From positions 1-64,000 of the IMG/VR virus record IMGVR_UViG_3300032281_000616: a DNA stretch of 64,000 nucleotides; one strand, written 5' to 3'. The position numbers were made by a program, and so were the translations under genes. The DNA comes from a virus (Duplodnaviria; Caudoviricetes). Every line of letters begins with the position of its first letter. Within the stretch, counting starts at the first letter, position 1. The notes under the pieces were generated by a model. The model was not told the origin of the DNA and made no database searches. It worked only from the letters and a program-made list of their open reading frames with translations. Shown here in pieces: positions 40,982 to 50,444 of the stretch.

Positions 40982-41010
40982 AATTTGTATTAGTTTATCT
41001 TAGTGTTTTA

Positions 41011-41298
41011 TCACCAATCCCACTCTTTGACTGTCGGTTCACCACCAAATGACTTAACCCAAGGAATTAGTTTATCGGTGAAACATTTTGGACAAATATC
41101 GAATGTTATAGTTTCTCCAGATCCTCCTTCTGGATAATTTGATCCAGTTTTCATCCAAATTTCTGATTCATGTGCATCGTAACAGTTCTCTTTCCAACCA
41201 TCCTCTGTGGAATCACCGCAAATATCGCATAGAGTGAGATCTAATCTATTATATTCCTTGATAATTTCCATTTTGGAAACTTTTGTATATTTTTTCAT
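41011..41298 (-). CDS. hypothetical protein with two CxxC motifs
   Basis: CDIC and CPKC. Confidence 0.55.
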   Translation of the reverse strand: MKKYTKVSKMEIIKEYNRLDLTLCDICGDSTEDGWKENCYDAHESEIWMKTGSNYPEGGSGETITFDICPKCFTDKLIPWVKSFGGEPTVKEWDW

Positions 41299-41325
41299 AC
41301 GATATAACTATATTCTAGTGTTTTA

Positions 41326-41775
41326 TCAGACACTTTGATCCATGGGCTCAGACAAAAGCACAGTATCATAGTTAATTGTCACTCGATAATTGTTCTTACA
41401 CTTCTCACACTGGACTTCATTATCAGTATTAGGAGAAAATAACCCCTTAAAGGTGTTTCCACCACATACACAAGGTAATTCTACTAATTGAGCATCAAAA
41501 ATCTCCTCATAATCTTTGATTACCTTACTTTGCTCCTCATTTACAGACTCCAGATCAAAAATACTCGTTAAAAGCTTCTGTGTTTCTTCATCTTCCTCTG
41601 GATTAGGCTCTTTTAGGATCAAAAACGTGAATATTCCTGCTGGGATACTCATTAGAATAGGAAAGGCAACTAAAAACCATGGGGCTATTAGAAAATATCC
41701 CGATATTGTCAATAAAATGATTAACCACACCCAAACACCGAGAATTATTGATCTTTTCTTCCAAATTGCTGTCAT
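41326..41775 (-). CDS. membrane protein with a C-terminal zinc ribbon
   Basis: Two hydrophobic segments, then CVC...CEKC; start uncertain (41775 or 41853). Confidence 0.5.
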   Translation of the reverse strand: MTAIWKKRSIILGVWVWLIILLTISGYFLIAPWFLVAFPILMSIPAGIFTFLILKEPNPEEDEETQKLLTSIFDLESVNEEQSKVIKDYEEIFDAQLVELPCVCGGNTFKGLFSPNTDNEVQCEKCKNNYRVTINYDTVLLSEPMDQSV

Positions 41776-41812
41776 AAACTGAATTCTAGCAGAGTTTTTG
41801 ATGAAGTCAAGC

Positions 41813-42208
41813 TTAATAAAGCTCTTCTTCCATTCTTTCGTCCTCAATATCATCCATCACATGCTTCGCACCAATGGTGTATTTCTCTAAAATGTAATCA
41901 ACATTCTGCATAAGATACAAAACCATCTTCTCTGTGTTCTTTTTAAGCTTCAGAAGCTCTTTTTTGTTCTTAACATCCTTGGTTTTTAGGATATCTTCAA
42001 TGGTTTTTGCAGCTTGCATCCCATTATCGACCATTTCTCCATAATATGTTGGGAGATTTTGCATCTCATAGGGTAATGCATTAGGTCCATTGTGTGTTTC
42101 TCTTTCCTCTTTCTTGTATTTTTTCATTTGCGCCGATGGATCGAGGTCGTGGTCGATGTCGGGACTTGCAAATTTTGTTGAATAAGGGGACTCTCCTTTA
42201 GCTGCCAT
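41813..42208 (-). CDS. hypothetical late protein
   Basis: TAAATA + 5 nt. Confidence 0.5.
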   Translation of the reverse strand: MAAKGESPYSTKFASPDIDHDLDPSAQMKKYKKEERETHNGPNALPYEMQNLPTYYGEMVDNGMQAAKTIEDILKTKDVKNKKELLKLKKNTEKMVLYLMQNVDYILEKYTIGAKHVMDDIEDERMEEELY

Positions 42209-42241
42209 AGAATTATTTAATATAAATGACTAAATATAGAT

Positions 42242-42508
42242 ATGAGTCTTAAAAAAAAAGATCAGGATGCTATTGCTAAGTTATATATAGAAGGATTCGA
42301 TGGAGCGTCAGATGGGCCAGAGGATTATGCGGTAGATGACGCAGTTAATGCTATTTTAAATACTTTGGAACGAACCATGCGAAGAGAAGACATCAAATCC
42401 ATAATGATGATAGTAACAGATCCCAAAAACTTAGAAGAGGTTCGTTATATTGTGGATAGCGAATTAGGTGGGAAATCTCCACAATATTACGATGATGACC
42501 AATATTAA
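42242..42508 (+). CDS. hypothetical late protein
   Basis: TAAATA + 5 nt; MSLKKKDQDAIAKLYIE. Confidence 0.5.
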   Translation: MSLKKKDQDAIAKLYIEGFDGASDGPEDYAVDDAVNAILNTLERTMRREDIKSIMMIVTDPKNLEEVRYIVDSELGGKSPQYYDDDQY

Positions 42509-42532
42509 TCTCTCAAAATACTAAATATACCT

Positions 42533-43039
42533 ATGAGTAATAGTAATCTATTCGCAAAACGTTTCTTCCAAGTTCTTAGAGAAGATGCAAGGGAACTTGA
42601 ACGCAAAGCTATGGAAGGAGTTCTAGATGATGGAACTAATCCAGAGGACTTTGAGGTTGATATGACACCTGATACCAATCAGGTAGTTGACCAAGTTTCT
42701 AAACAAGCTGCTGATGCCATGTCTCAGAAGAATCAACAAATGATTGATGAACTACAAAGTTGGATCGATGATATCGAATCCTTCTTGAAAAGAATCAATA
42801 GCGAAGACCCAAATTCAATTCAATCTCGTCTAGCTGCTGCTGAACCCGATACAGTCATGGATAAGATGAAGCAGTCTCAACAAACCAAGATTTCTCGTGT
42901 TGCTGCTGACTTAGCTTCCTTACATCAAAACTTCTTAGGGTTTATGAGTCAGACCGCCAATTCACGTTACAAATACGTAGCTATCCCTCTAGCATTCGGA
43001 TTAAGTTTAATGCAAATGGGTATGAATTATTTCTGTTGA
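42533..43039 (+). CDS. hypothetical late protein
   Basis: TAAATA + 5 nt; MSNSNLFAKRFFQVLRE. Confidence 0.55.
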   Translation: MSNSNLFAKRFFQVLREDARELERKAMEGVLDDGTNPEDFEVDMTPDTNQVVDQVSKQAADAMSQKNQQMIDELQSWIDDIESFLKRINSEDPNSIQSRLAAAEPDTVMDKMKQSQQTKISRVAADLASLHQNFLGFMSQTANSRYKYVAIPLAFGLSLMQMGMNYFC

Positions 43040-43073
43040 TATCTCAAAATATCAAACCCGATTAAATTAATTC

Positions 43074-43694
43074 TTATAAGACTGCACTCAAGCCATTGGT
43101 GAGTTTATACATCATTTTTCTTTGATCTGTTGCCGATAGCGTAGCCTCGTAAACAAATCCGTCACTTCCAGTTATCTTAACTAGATATTTGTATGGATTG
43201 GAAGCAATATCTGCTACTTCTTGTCTGGATAAACCCAGATCATTAGAAGTATATCTAGTATCAACTAAGTTGTGGTCTTTATCAGAGAAGTCTAGTGGTA
43301 ATTGAGCCTCTGTTTGCTTTATATCTCCCCAAGCAACTCTACCAACGTTCATTACACATTCAATCTGATTTGGATCAAATACCAATTTACCATTATCGGT
43401 AATATCTTTCAAATCAGGAGTTATGGTGGATAACTTTGTTGAGTAATATGGATGTCCGTCTCGCAAACATTTGATCAATGCTCTGATATCGTATGTTTTA
43501 TTGTCGATGACAACTTTACCGCATGTATTATTACACATGCCACTATCGAAGAGAACCTTTCTTGGTAGAGTATATCTACCTGAATTGTAAGGCTTAGTCT
43601 GTAAACGAAGACCACCCTTTACTGTTGTATCTAACACAAATCTTTGTTTAAGATGTTCTAGGGTGAACATCGGTGTATTTCTATCTGTTTTCAT
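43074..43694 (-). CDS. hypothetical protein
   Basis: Likely start MKTDRN at 43694, 6 nt after TATAAT. Confidence 0.5.
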   Translation of the reverse strand: MKTDRNTPMFTLEHLKQRFVLDTTVKGGLRLQTKPYNSGRYTLPRKVLFDSGMCNNTCGKVVIDNKTYDIRALIKCLRDGHPYYSTKLSTITPDLKDITDNGKLVFDPNQIECVMNVGRVAWGDIKQTEAQLPLDFSDKDHNLVDTRYTSNDLGLSRQEVADIASNPYKYLVKITGSDGFVYEATLSATDQRKMMYKLTNGLSAVL

Positions 43695-43700
43695 ATCGAA

Positions 43701-43731
43701 ATTATAGTAACACACCTCTCGGTAAAGTCAA
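43701..43731 (-). promoter_or_regulatory. sigma70-like early promoter candidate
   Basis: TTGACT at 43726-43731 and TATAAT at 43701-43706 (19-nt spacer, non-optimal). Confidence 0.35.
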
Positions 43732-44810
43732 CCCTTCGAGAGAAGAATTTTTATTTTCATAATAGCCGACTTTCCACACTCTGAATTCTTTTTTATCCAA
43801 GCTGGAGACACTTGATCCAACCCACACGCGACACAAACCTCATTTAAGTCTTTGTATTTCTTTCCCCAAATCTCAGGCCAAATGAATACACATTCCCCAG
43901 CCTGTAATAATGATAATGTTTTCTCTCTGGATGTCTCATCTATCCACTGCGAGTCCAAAACCCATATCTTATCAAACAATTTCAGAGATTCCATCTGATC
44001 CTTCTGAGTCTTTGTTAGAGTGAATCCCTTACCCTTATTGATCCCAGCTACACCAAGACCATTCTTAACGAAGAAAGAATCAATTGGACCCTCAAATAGA
44101 AAAACTGTATCCAGATTAGGATCAACCTTATCTATACCGTATAATGTTTTATCTGCATTAAGCTTAGAAAGGTAGGATGGGTTATCATCCCAATCAAATA
44201 GTTTGCGTGTCTGGTAGAAGACGATATCCCCTTTCTCGTCCTTGAATGGTATCACTAGACGCTCAGGCTGAAACTTGTCTTTCAAGCTGATATAGAGGGC
44301 ATCTGGACGGTTTATAGCGGTGTCTAGTCGCCTCTCTTTGATATAGTCCAGAGCAAACTGCACTCTGCTATTGGTTTTGTAAAAATTAACCTGATTCGGA
44401 TCAAAAAGATTGATAGAATCTACTGGAAGAGTCTCAACTTTTAATTTAGGAATATCATCTTCAAAGAATGTATCACTATATCCAAAATCTCCTTTATCTA
44501 ATTCATCACATAGTTCTTTATGTGTTATACCAGATACTTCTCTGATCCAGTTGTATGTGGATAGATTACTTCCACAATTGAAACATGATATATTGCCCCC
44601 GTCTGGATCATACCAACATCTTTTCTTTCTTCCCCAAGAGGTTCCTTCTCGACATATAGGACAACATGAGTTGTATTTTCCAGACGCCTTATTATAGACT
44701 ACTTTGTAACCCAGTTCATAAAATTTAGATACAACATAGTCAACAGGGAGATTAAAATCAAAGCTTGCTTTCTTTTTTGAATCGAGCGTTGGTAATTTTT
44801 TTAATCTCAT
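43728..44810 (-). CDS. gp61: DNA primase
   Basis: CPICREG...CFNCG zinc finger, RLVIPF...YQTR, FEGPIDS TOPRIM, KDLNE. Confidence 0.9.
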   Translation of the reverse strand: MRLKKLPTLDSKKKASFDFNLPVDYVVSKFYELGYKVVYNKASGKYNSCCPICREGTSWGRKKRCWYDPDGGNISCFNCGSNLSTYNWIREVSGITHKELCDELDKGDFGYSDTFFEDDIPKLKVETLPVDSINLFDPNQVNFYKTNSRVQFALDYIKERRLDTAINRPDALYISLKDKFQPERLVIPFKDEKGDIVFYQTRKLFDWDDNPSYLSKLNADKTLYGIDKVDPNLDTVFLFEGPIDSFFVKNGLGVAGINKGKGFTLTKTQKDQMESLKLFDKIWVLDSQWIDETSREKTLSLLQAGECVFIWPEIWGKKYKDLNEVCVACGLDQVSPAWIKKNSECGKSAIMKIKILLSKG

Positions 44811-45045
44811 CTTTTTCCGCTTTTGATGGTTGTGGGTCTACTAAATCGAGTATACCATTCTTAACTCCAAAGTCAAAATCCTTTTTAGAAATCCATCGAA
44901 TGTCCATTTTTCCATCAAAAATATCACAGAAACCATATGTGTCTCCATGTTTTTTAACAAAAATTATAGTATGGCCTTTGTATTGACCATCTAAGACGCC
45001 ATAAGTTTTACCAAACTCTAAATCCTTTTTAAAAAATTGAATCAT
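44758..45045 (-). CDS. hypothetical protein
   Basis: 95 aa ORF in a coupled run. Confidence 0.5.
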   Translation of the reverse strand: MIQFFKKDLEFGKTYGVLDGQYKGHTIIFVKKHGDTYGFCDIFDGKMDIRWISKKDFDFGVKNGILDLVDPQPSKAEKDEIKKITNARFKKESKL

Positions 45046-45335
45046 TCCATTCGTTCGTTCATAAACTTACTAACACTCTGCATGAATAAATCATCGAGTG
45101 CAGCTTTTTCCATTTTTTCCTTATAGATAGTCATATTGATCGGATTTCCATCTAGATCATAACCCATCAATTTAAAACATGTTAAAAACTCTCCTAGAGT
45201 GGATATCATAGCTTTGTTTATCTGGACTTTACTTGGAACTTTTCTTTTTTCCTTCAATCTAGTTGTGAGTGCTTCTCGAAGAATATTAGTTATTTCTTCA
45301 TCTGTGAACTCTTCGGGAATTTCTTCATCCTTCAT
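45042..45335 (-). CDS. hypothetical protein
   Basis: TAAATA + 5 nt; 97 aa. Confidence 0.5.
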   Translation of the reverse strand: MKDEEIPEEFTDEEITNILREALTTRLKEKRKVPSKVQINKAMISTLGEFLTCFKLMGYDLDGNPINMTIYKEKMEKAALDDLFMQSVSKFMNERME

Positions 45336-45343
45336 TCAATTAT

Positions 45344-45679
45344 TTAACTCTTTTTCTCAAAAGAACAACCCTCTGCCTTTTGCGGGATTCCTCTCTCGAT
45401 CAAATTAGTTATAATAACCTCCATAGACTTAGTTTTGAGATTGAAGTTCTTGATGAATTTATTTCCACCATCATTAAACTCAAAGGCTACTTCTCCCTTA
45501 TCATCTTTATTTTCGTAACAAGTAATGATCAATGATACCCCACCCGGATCGACCATAACAGTCCATCTTCTTGGATCTAGAATCCCATAATCTTTAAAGA
45601 GTCTGATGGTAACGAATCCAGAATCTCTCAATCTTTTAATAAAGTAACTTCCTGTAGTAATTTTATTTTTATTTGTCAT
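45344..45679 (-). CDS. hypothetical protein
   Basis: 111 aa ORF in a coupled run. Confidence 0.5.
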   Translation of the reverse strand: MTNKNKITTGSYFIKRLRDSGFVTIRLFKDYGILDPRRWTVMVDPGGVSLIITCYENKDDKGEVAFEFNDGGNKFIKNFNLKTKSMEVIITNLIERGIPQKAEGCSFEKKS

Positions 45680-45965
45680 ACTTATATATTTCTAATTTAA
45701 TATATTCCATAACTTCTGGAGAAACTGCTATCATCCAAACAAAAGGCAATTTTTCATTACACCAAACACCCACATGCATATCCCCACCCGATATATTTTG
45801 ACTGTCCAACTTCCACACATAATTATTTTCTATATCTGAAAAATGTTCGATCCAAAATTCCGGTATCGGTAATGTATCCAAATGAACTGTTAATATTGAT
45901 GGTTTTCCTTTTTCTTTGGCATCTTTAAAAATGCGTTCAACGTAATTTGTAGGGTCTTCTCTCAT
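45669..45965 (-). CDS. hypothetical protein
   Basis: 98 aa; TAATG-coupled to the endonuclease gene. Confidence 0.45.
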   Translation of the reverse strand: MREDPTNYVERIFKDAKEKGKPSILTVHLDTLPIPEFWIEHFSDIENNYVWKLDSQNISGGDMHVGVWCNEKLPFVWMIAVSPEVMEYIKLEIYKYDK

Positions 45966-46768
45966 TATTTATTCGATCCTTTTAATTTGGATTGTCTTAT
46001 CTTTTCTTTGGTTTCTTCTGAAAGAATTACACCAAGTCTAGGGCTAGGTTTTCCTCTTCTGGATTCACTCATTTTCATCTTTGTTTCTTCTGAATGTTTG
46101 CGACCTTTGAGATTATTAGACTTTCCTTTTTTCGCTTCACTCATTTTCATCTTTGCTTCTTCCGTGTGCTTCTTTCCTAATTTAGCGTTTCTCATTTTTT
46201 CTATAGTTTCTGGTGAATTTTTTCTACCTAACCCACACTGGCTAATTTTTTGTTTATGTTCCTCTGATATGGTCTTTCCGACTCTAAGTGTTCTCAACAT
46301 ATCCTGTATGTGCTTGGGTCGAGGGACTCTCATCTTATCTATACGTTCTTTTGAGAGTGGTCCCCGAATTTGTTTAGCTCTCGCTATCCTCAATTTAGCT
46401 CTATGTTCTTCAGAAAATGGTTTTTTAGGAACCCCCGCACCATCACCCGAATGTTTTTGGATATTATAACCTATATCTTTGTTGGCGGAGTTGTATTTTT
46501 TTATATAAAAAGTCTCCAATTCCAAAAGTTCTATATTATTTTTTGATTTGTCAAAATTCTCAAAAATTTCCAATATTTCAACATCAAAAGAATTCCAACC
46601 ATGTTTTATGATAGCATTTTCTAAATACCATCTTCCCTTGGTATTATTCTCTCGATACCTATGTTGATTAAGTCTTTTATGTAAGTTTATAGATTTACCT
46701 ATATAAATCTTACCATTGTTTTTACATGTTAGTTTATAAATTCCTGCTTCCTTCGGATAAGTTTCCAT
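45965..46768 (-). mobile_element. GIY-YIG homing endonuclease with NUMOD3-type repeats
   Basis: GIYKLTC...IYIGKS..L.KR..QH; KHSEETKMKMSE-type repeats; own TAAATA. Confidence 0.9.
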
Positions 46769-46781
46769 TAATGTATTTAAC

Positions 46782-47504
46782 CTATCGGGTCAAACTTGAT
46801 ACAATATAATTCAATTGTATGTTTCCAGATTCCACACTAATCTTCCCGATACCATTCTTGGATACTTCAAATTTGGCTACGTCACCGTCTCCAAAATCAA
46901 TAAGTCTGACATTATCTAAATTGAGAATGAATTCATCCATCTCAAAATCAACCTCTTCGCCAACAACTGTTAGTGTATCGGTATTCTTCATGGTTCTATC
47001 AGCTAGGGACCAAGTGAGATGATCATCCTCTGTATAAATGTATAGTTTATTGGTATCCTTGAATATGCTACTATTAGATAGTAGTGTTTTAAGAAACTGT
47101 TTAGATATTTCGAATTCGTAATCGAATGTAAGAGATTTAATCTTAGCTAAGGTTATTTTCGCTTTAGCTAGGATACCCTCATCATACAAATGATAATTAA
47201 ATTTTACTAGTTTAGATTTATATTCCAGATTATTTCTATTCAATTTAAATTGAATGTCAGTAGATCCAACCATATCTAAAAGTTTAGATAACTTTGATAA
47301 GGATGGTAAATTCAGAGTCGTTTCAACATCAAAGTCTCCTTCCATAGAGGACCAAAGAAACATACTCCTATCGTCAGAAGCGGCGATGGAGTATATTTCG
47401 TCAGACTTAACTTCTAGAATCGATGTATCACTAATCTTTCCAAGACTGCGTAGGAATATTTTGAATTCCTTTGACTTTAGGTTCAAGTTTGACTGGTTGT
47501 TCAT
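46782..47504 (-). CDS. gp45: sliding clamp
   Basis: About 240 aa, gp45-like pattern (SIAASDDRSMF, LSKLL, YHLYDE); located next to gp32. Confidence 0.65.
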   Translation of the reverse strand: MNNQSNLNLKSKEFKIFLRSLGKISDTSILEVKSDEIYSIAASDDRSMFLWSSMEGDFDVETTLNLPSLSKLSKLLDMVGSTDIQFKLNRNNLEYKSKLVKFNYHLYDEGILAKAKITLAKIKSLTFDYEFEISKQFLKTLLSNSSIFKDTNKLYIYTEDDHLTWSLADRTMKNTDTLTVVGEEVDFEMDEFILNLDNVRLIDFGDGDVAKFEVSKNGIGKISVESGNIQLNYIVSSLTR

Positions 47505-47967
47505 TTTTGTTCTTTGATTCTAGCAAAGAGATTAACTTTTGCAACAACTTATTATTCTTTTCCAACAATTCATTCGTCTTCTTCTGCTCCGTTAAACTAA
47601 AATCAAATTCTAGTTGTGGATCTTCTTGTTTAGGAAACATTGATCCACTAGGTCCCGGAATTTGACCTCCGGTTGTAGATGGTTCATAATAATTAGTAGG
47701 TAAAGGTATATTAGTTACTTGGGGAGGTTGTATATATTGAGGAGGAGGTTGAAAAGGAGGTGGGGTTGGAGTCCTCACTGCATTTTGTACAATGTTCTCA
47801 AACCCCCGCTTCAGTTGATCCGTCCCCGATACAATAGCCCCAATGCTGTCTTGTGGTCTGGTCCCCGTCATTCTGTCAATCTCTTTAGATTCGGCATATA
47901 GAGGTCCAGCTAGACCTACCAGAAGACCAATATCTTCTGGGTTTAGTGCTTCGTATGGGTCATTCAT
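47431..47967 (-). CDS. Pro-rich hypothetical protein
   Basis: 178 aa between gp32 and gp45; overlaps gp45 by 74 nt. Confidence 0.45.
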   Translation of the reverse strand: MNDPYEALNPEDIGLLVGLAGPLYAESKEIDRMTGTRPQDSIGAIVSGTDQLKRGFENIVQNAVRTPTPPPFQPPPQYIQPPQVTNIPLPTNYYEPSTTGGQIPGPSGSMFPKQEDPQLEFDFSLTEQKKTNELLEKNNKLLQKLISLLESKNKNEQPVKLEPKVKGIQNIPTQSWKD

Positions 47968-47968
47968 A

Positions 47969-48907
47969 TTAATCTTCTAGATCAAGTCCAGCAAGTAGCT
48001 CATCTACATCGTCTTCTGCTGGTGCTGGTTCAGCTTTTTTACCCTTACCTTTTTTCGGTTCTTCCTTTGGGGTAAAATCCATAGGAATTTCATCATCTAG
48101 ATCTTCATCTACTGGTGCAGATTTACGTTCAGATAATTGTTTCTTGACTTCGGATTTCTTTTCTGTGGATTCGCAGAAGAAATGATCCTCAAGAAGTTTT
48201 TCAAGTTCTTCCTTAGTCTTCACAGTATAGATTGACTTTAGATCGTGAACTTGTTCATAAACCTTTTCAATTTCATCGTCATCGAGATCAAGCTTTGACT
48301 TGGTTGTGAAGAATGAACTCTTAAAGGTTGTAAACTCACCTTGTTTCTCAGCCTTGATTTTTAGATCCGCTCCATCCTTTGATAGATCAAAGATTGCTGG
48401 ACCAAACTCTTCAGCACGATCACCTGTCATCGCATCATCTACCAAAGATTTAATCTGATATCCCATGCGAAGGATTTGGATAGTTCCATTCAATTCTGGA
48501 TTAGCTGGATTATCTACCCATAAGGCATTAACCAACCATTGTTCCTTATTTGAAATTGGATTATCAAATGGAACCTTCTTACCATCTTTATCAACTGGTG
48601 GAACTGGGTTAGCCTTTTTCCACTCTTGATACTCTTTCCAGTATTGGTTAGTAACTGGATCTTCATCTCCGAATGTTTGGAGAGAAATTGCTGAAGTATA
48701 TTTCCCTGTTGAACGACTCTTCCAGCTATTGATATAGTGGTGGAAGAATGTGTCATCGATATTATCGACATTTGGAATTAGTCGAATTGTATAGGTGTGT
48801 CCTTCTGGGAACTTCATGATATTTGCGAATGAACCACCACCGTCTGTCTTTTTCAACTGATCCTTAAGAGAATCGAACATTGACGCATTGAATTTATTTT
48901 TTGCCAT
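47969..48907 (-). CDS. gp32: single-stranded DNA-binding protein
   Basis: Basic N-terminus, YTIRLIP, FFHHY, NALWVDNPANPELNG, acidic tail ending LDLED. Confidence 0.85.
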   Translation of the reverse strand: MAKNKFNASMFDSLKDQLKKTDGGGSFANIMKFPEGHTYTIRLIPNVDNIDDTFFHHYINSWKSRSTGKYTSAISLQTFGDEDPVTNQYWKEYQEWKKANPVPPVDKDGKKVPFDNPISNKEQWLVNALWVDNPANPELNGTIQILRMGYQIKSLVDDAMTGDRAEEFGPAIFDLSKDGADLKIKAEKQGEFTTFKSSFFTTKSKLDLDDDEIEKVYEQVHDLKSIYTVKTKEELEKLLEDHFFCESTEKKSEVKKQLSERKSAPVDEDLDDEIPMDFTPKEEPKKGKGKKAEPAPAEDDVDELLAGLDLED

Positions 48908-48970
48908 ATTTTTTGTTTTTATCTTTTTTTGTTTATTTTGTTTTATTGCTCGCTAGGAGAACTATATTTA
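48908..48970 (-). promoter_or_regulatory. TAAATA promoter plus an approximately 52-nt A-rich leader of gene 32
   Basis: TAAATA at 48965-48970; leader CAATAAAACAAAATAAACAAAAAAAGATAAAAACAAAAAAT before the ATG. Confidence 0.5.
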
Positions 48971-48986
48971 GTCTTCAGATGAAAAT

Positions 48987-49466
48987 TTACAATCTTGGTT
49001 TGTATGCAGCTACACCCACTGGACTTGGATTCTTAATTTGACTCTCTTCCTTTTCTTCTTCTGTCATTGTGTCAATCTTTTCTCCAGACAATCTACGAAT
49101 ATCAAAATCTACGCTAAGGGGAACTGTTCCAGTTTCTTCTAAGATCTGTTGAGACTGTAAAGATACATGAACACATCCATTGATATGGAGTCTTAAGGAA
49201 GTAATAACTCCTTCATATCCGCTTGCATTATCTTTAGCATAAGATCCGAGAATGTCAACTGGAAGATACGGTGGAACCACTGTCACACCACCCTCAATTG
49301 AGGAATCGACAATCCACCGAGCTTCTAAAGGTTCTCCAGTTTTTGGGCTTGTTCCTCTTGGTTGAAAATAATAATAAATATTTTCGTTCTGTTCAACTTG
49401 CATGAGAGTAAGCATACCCTCTTGATTTGTTGATTTATCTTTTACGTTTGTTCCTAATTTTAGCAT
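48987..49466 (-). CDS. hypothetical protein with an internal duplicated domain
   Basis: LGTNVKDKSTNQEG and LGSYAKDNASGYEG repeats. Confidence 0.55.
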   Translation of the reverse strand: MLKLGTNVKDKSTNQEGMLTLMQVEQNENIYYYFQPRGTSPKTGEPLEARWIVDSSIEGGVTVVPPYLPVDILGSYAKDNASGYEGVITSLRLHINGCVHVSLQSQQILEETGTVPLSVDFDIRRLSGEKIDTMTEEEKEESQIKNPSPVGVAAYKPRL

Positions 49467-49927
49467 AATACTGTTTCTAATTTTTCCTTAGCTTTCTTTC
49501 CAAAATCTTTCATCCTTTTTGAATTATAAAACTTTTGTCTTGTTTTTTGAAAGTTGACAAAGAAATTCGGAATCACGAAGTTCAACAATTCAGAGTCTAG
49601 CATAGGTTTTGATATTTGCAAGGTGTGAAGAGTGTGAAAATCGATTTGGTGATTTTTTAAATGTGTCACCCAACAAGGTAAGGTATGTTCTGAGTATGTC
49701 AGGTAATCCGAGAATGTCAACCCCTTATCTTTACAAAATTTAAACACATACTTGAGTCCAGATTTTAAACGCTCAATCGATTCATCTTTATCTGGGTCAT
49801 CTAGGACAAGTGATTTTACATACTCGACATATAACTTGATAGCTTCCTTCTCTTCTATATCCCAAGGTGGTATTGCTGCAATAAAGTATTCTCGGTTAAT
49901 GTTTGGGTATTTTTTAAATATCTTCAT
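49460..49927 (-). CDS. hypothetical protein in the replication cluster
   Basis: 155 aa, ATGA-coupled. Confidence 0.45.
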   Translation of the reverse strand: MKIFKKYPNINREYFIAAIPPWDIEEKEAIKLYVEYVKSLVLDDPDKDESIERLKSGLKYVFKFCKDKGLTFSDYLTYSEHTLPCWVTHLKNHQIDFHTLHTLQISKPMLDSELLNFVIPNFFVNFQKTRQKFYNSKRMKDFGKKAKEKLETVLC

Positions 49928-50172
49928 GCGAATTTATAAGGATTTCTCTCGACTGCTATAAACGCTGCGTGTATTATGACTGATCTATCTGAATTTCTTC
50001 CTTGGTATGTAACTGGTCCGATATGTTTAAACAAACAATCTCTACTCAATAGATTCTCAACTTGAGAATATAAACCTTTACCTAGTTGCCACGAATCAAA
50101 TGTATCCAACCCCTCAATATATTCTTTAATCTCGTCAATCGATCCAGCTATTAAATCAAATTTTTGAATCAT
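49924..50172 (-). CDS. hypothetical protein
   Basis: 82 aa, coupled at both ends. Confidence 0.45.
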   Translation of the reverse strand: MIQKFDLIAGSIDEIKEYIEGLDTFDSWQLGKGLYSQVENLLSRDCLFKHIGPVTYQGRNSDRSVIIHAAFIAVERNPYKFA

Positions 50173-50444
50173 TTCTTTTTGTTTTGTCCATTGACAAATT
50201 TTGTGACATACTTAGATTTGCTGATAGAATTGTCGAATGCTAAGAATACCTTCACCAATTCAAAATCACTATCTAAAGATAGCATAGTCTTAGCTACGTT
50301 CTTTAATTTCTCGTCTTGGAGAGTTTGAACAAAAACATTCTGGACAGATAATTTCTTCCCCTTTAGATTCATTACAAATGTGCAGAATGAAAGGAAAATA
50401 TGATCTGATTCTTCGCTTATTAAGTTTGATGATGGGTCGCTCAT
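50169..50444 (-). CDS. hypothetical protein
   Basis: 91 aa, coupled. Confidence 0.45.
   Translation of the reverse strand: MSDPSSNLISEESDHIFLSFCTFVMNLKGKKLSVQNVFVQTLQDEKLKNVAKTMLSLDSDFELVKVFLAFDNSISKSKYVTKFVNGQNKKK

Noticed and set aside
42975-43039. Hydrophobic C-terminal tail of 42533-43039 or a hidden structured RNA
   Set aside because: Only a weak GCATT/AATGC stem; no cloverleaf or other support
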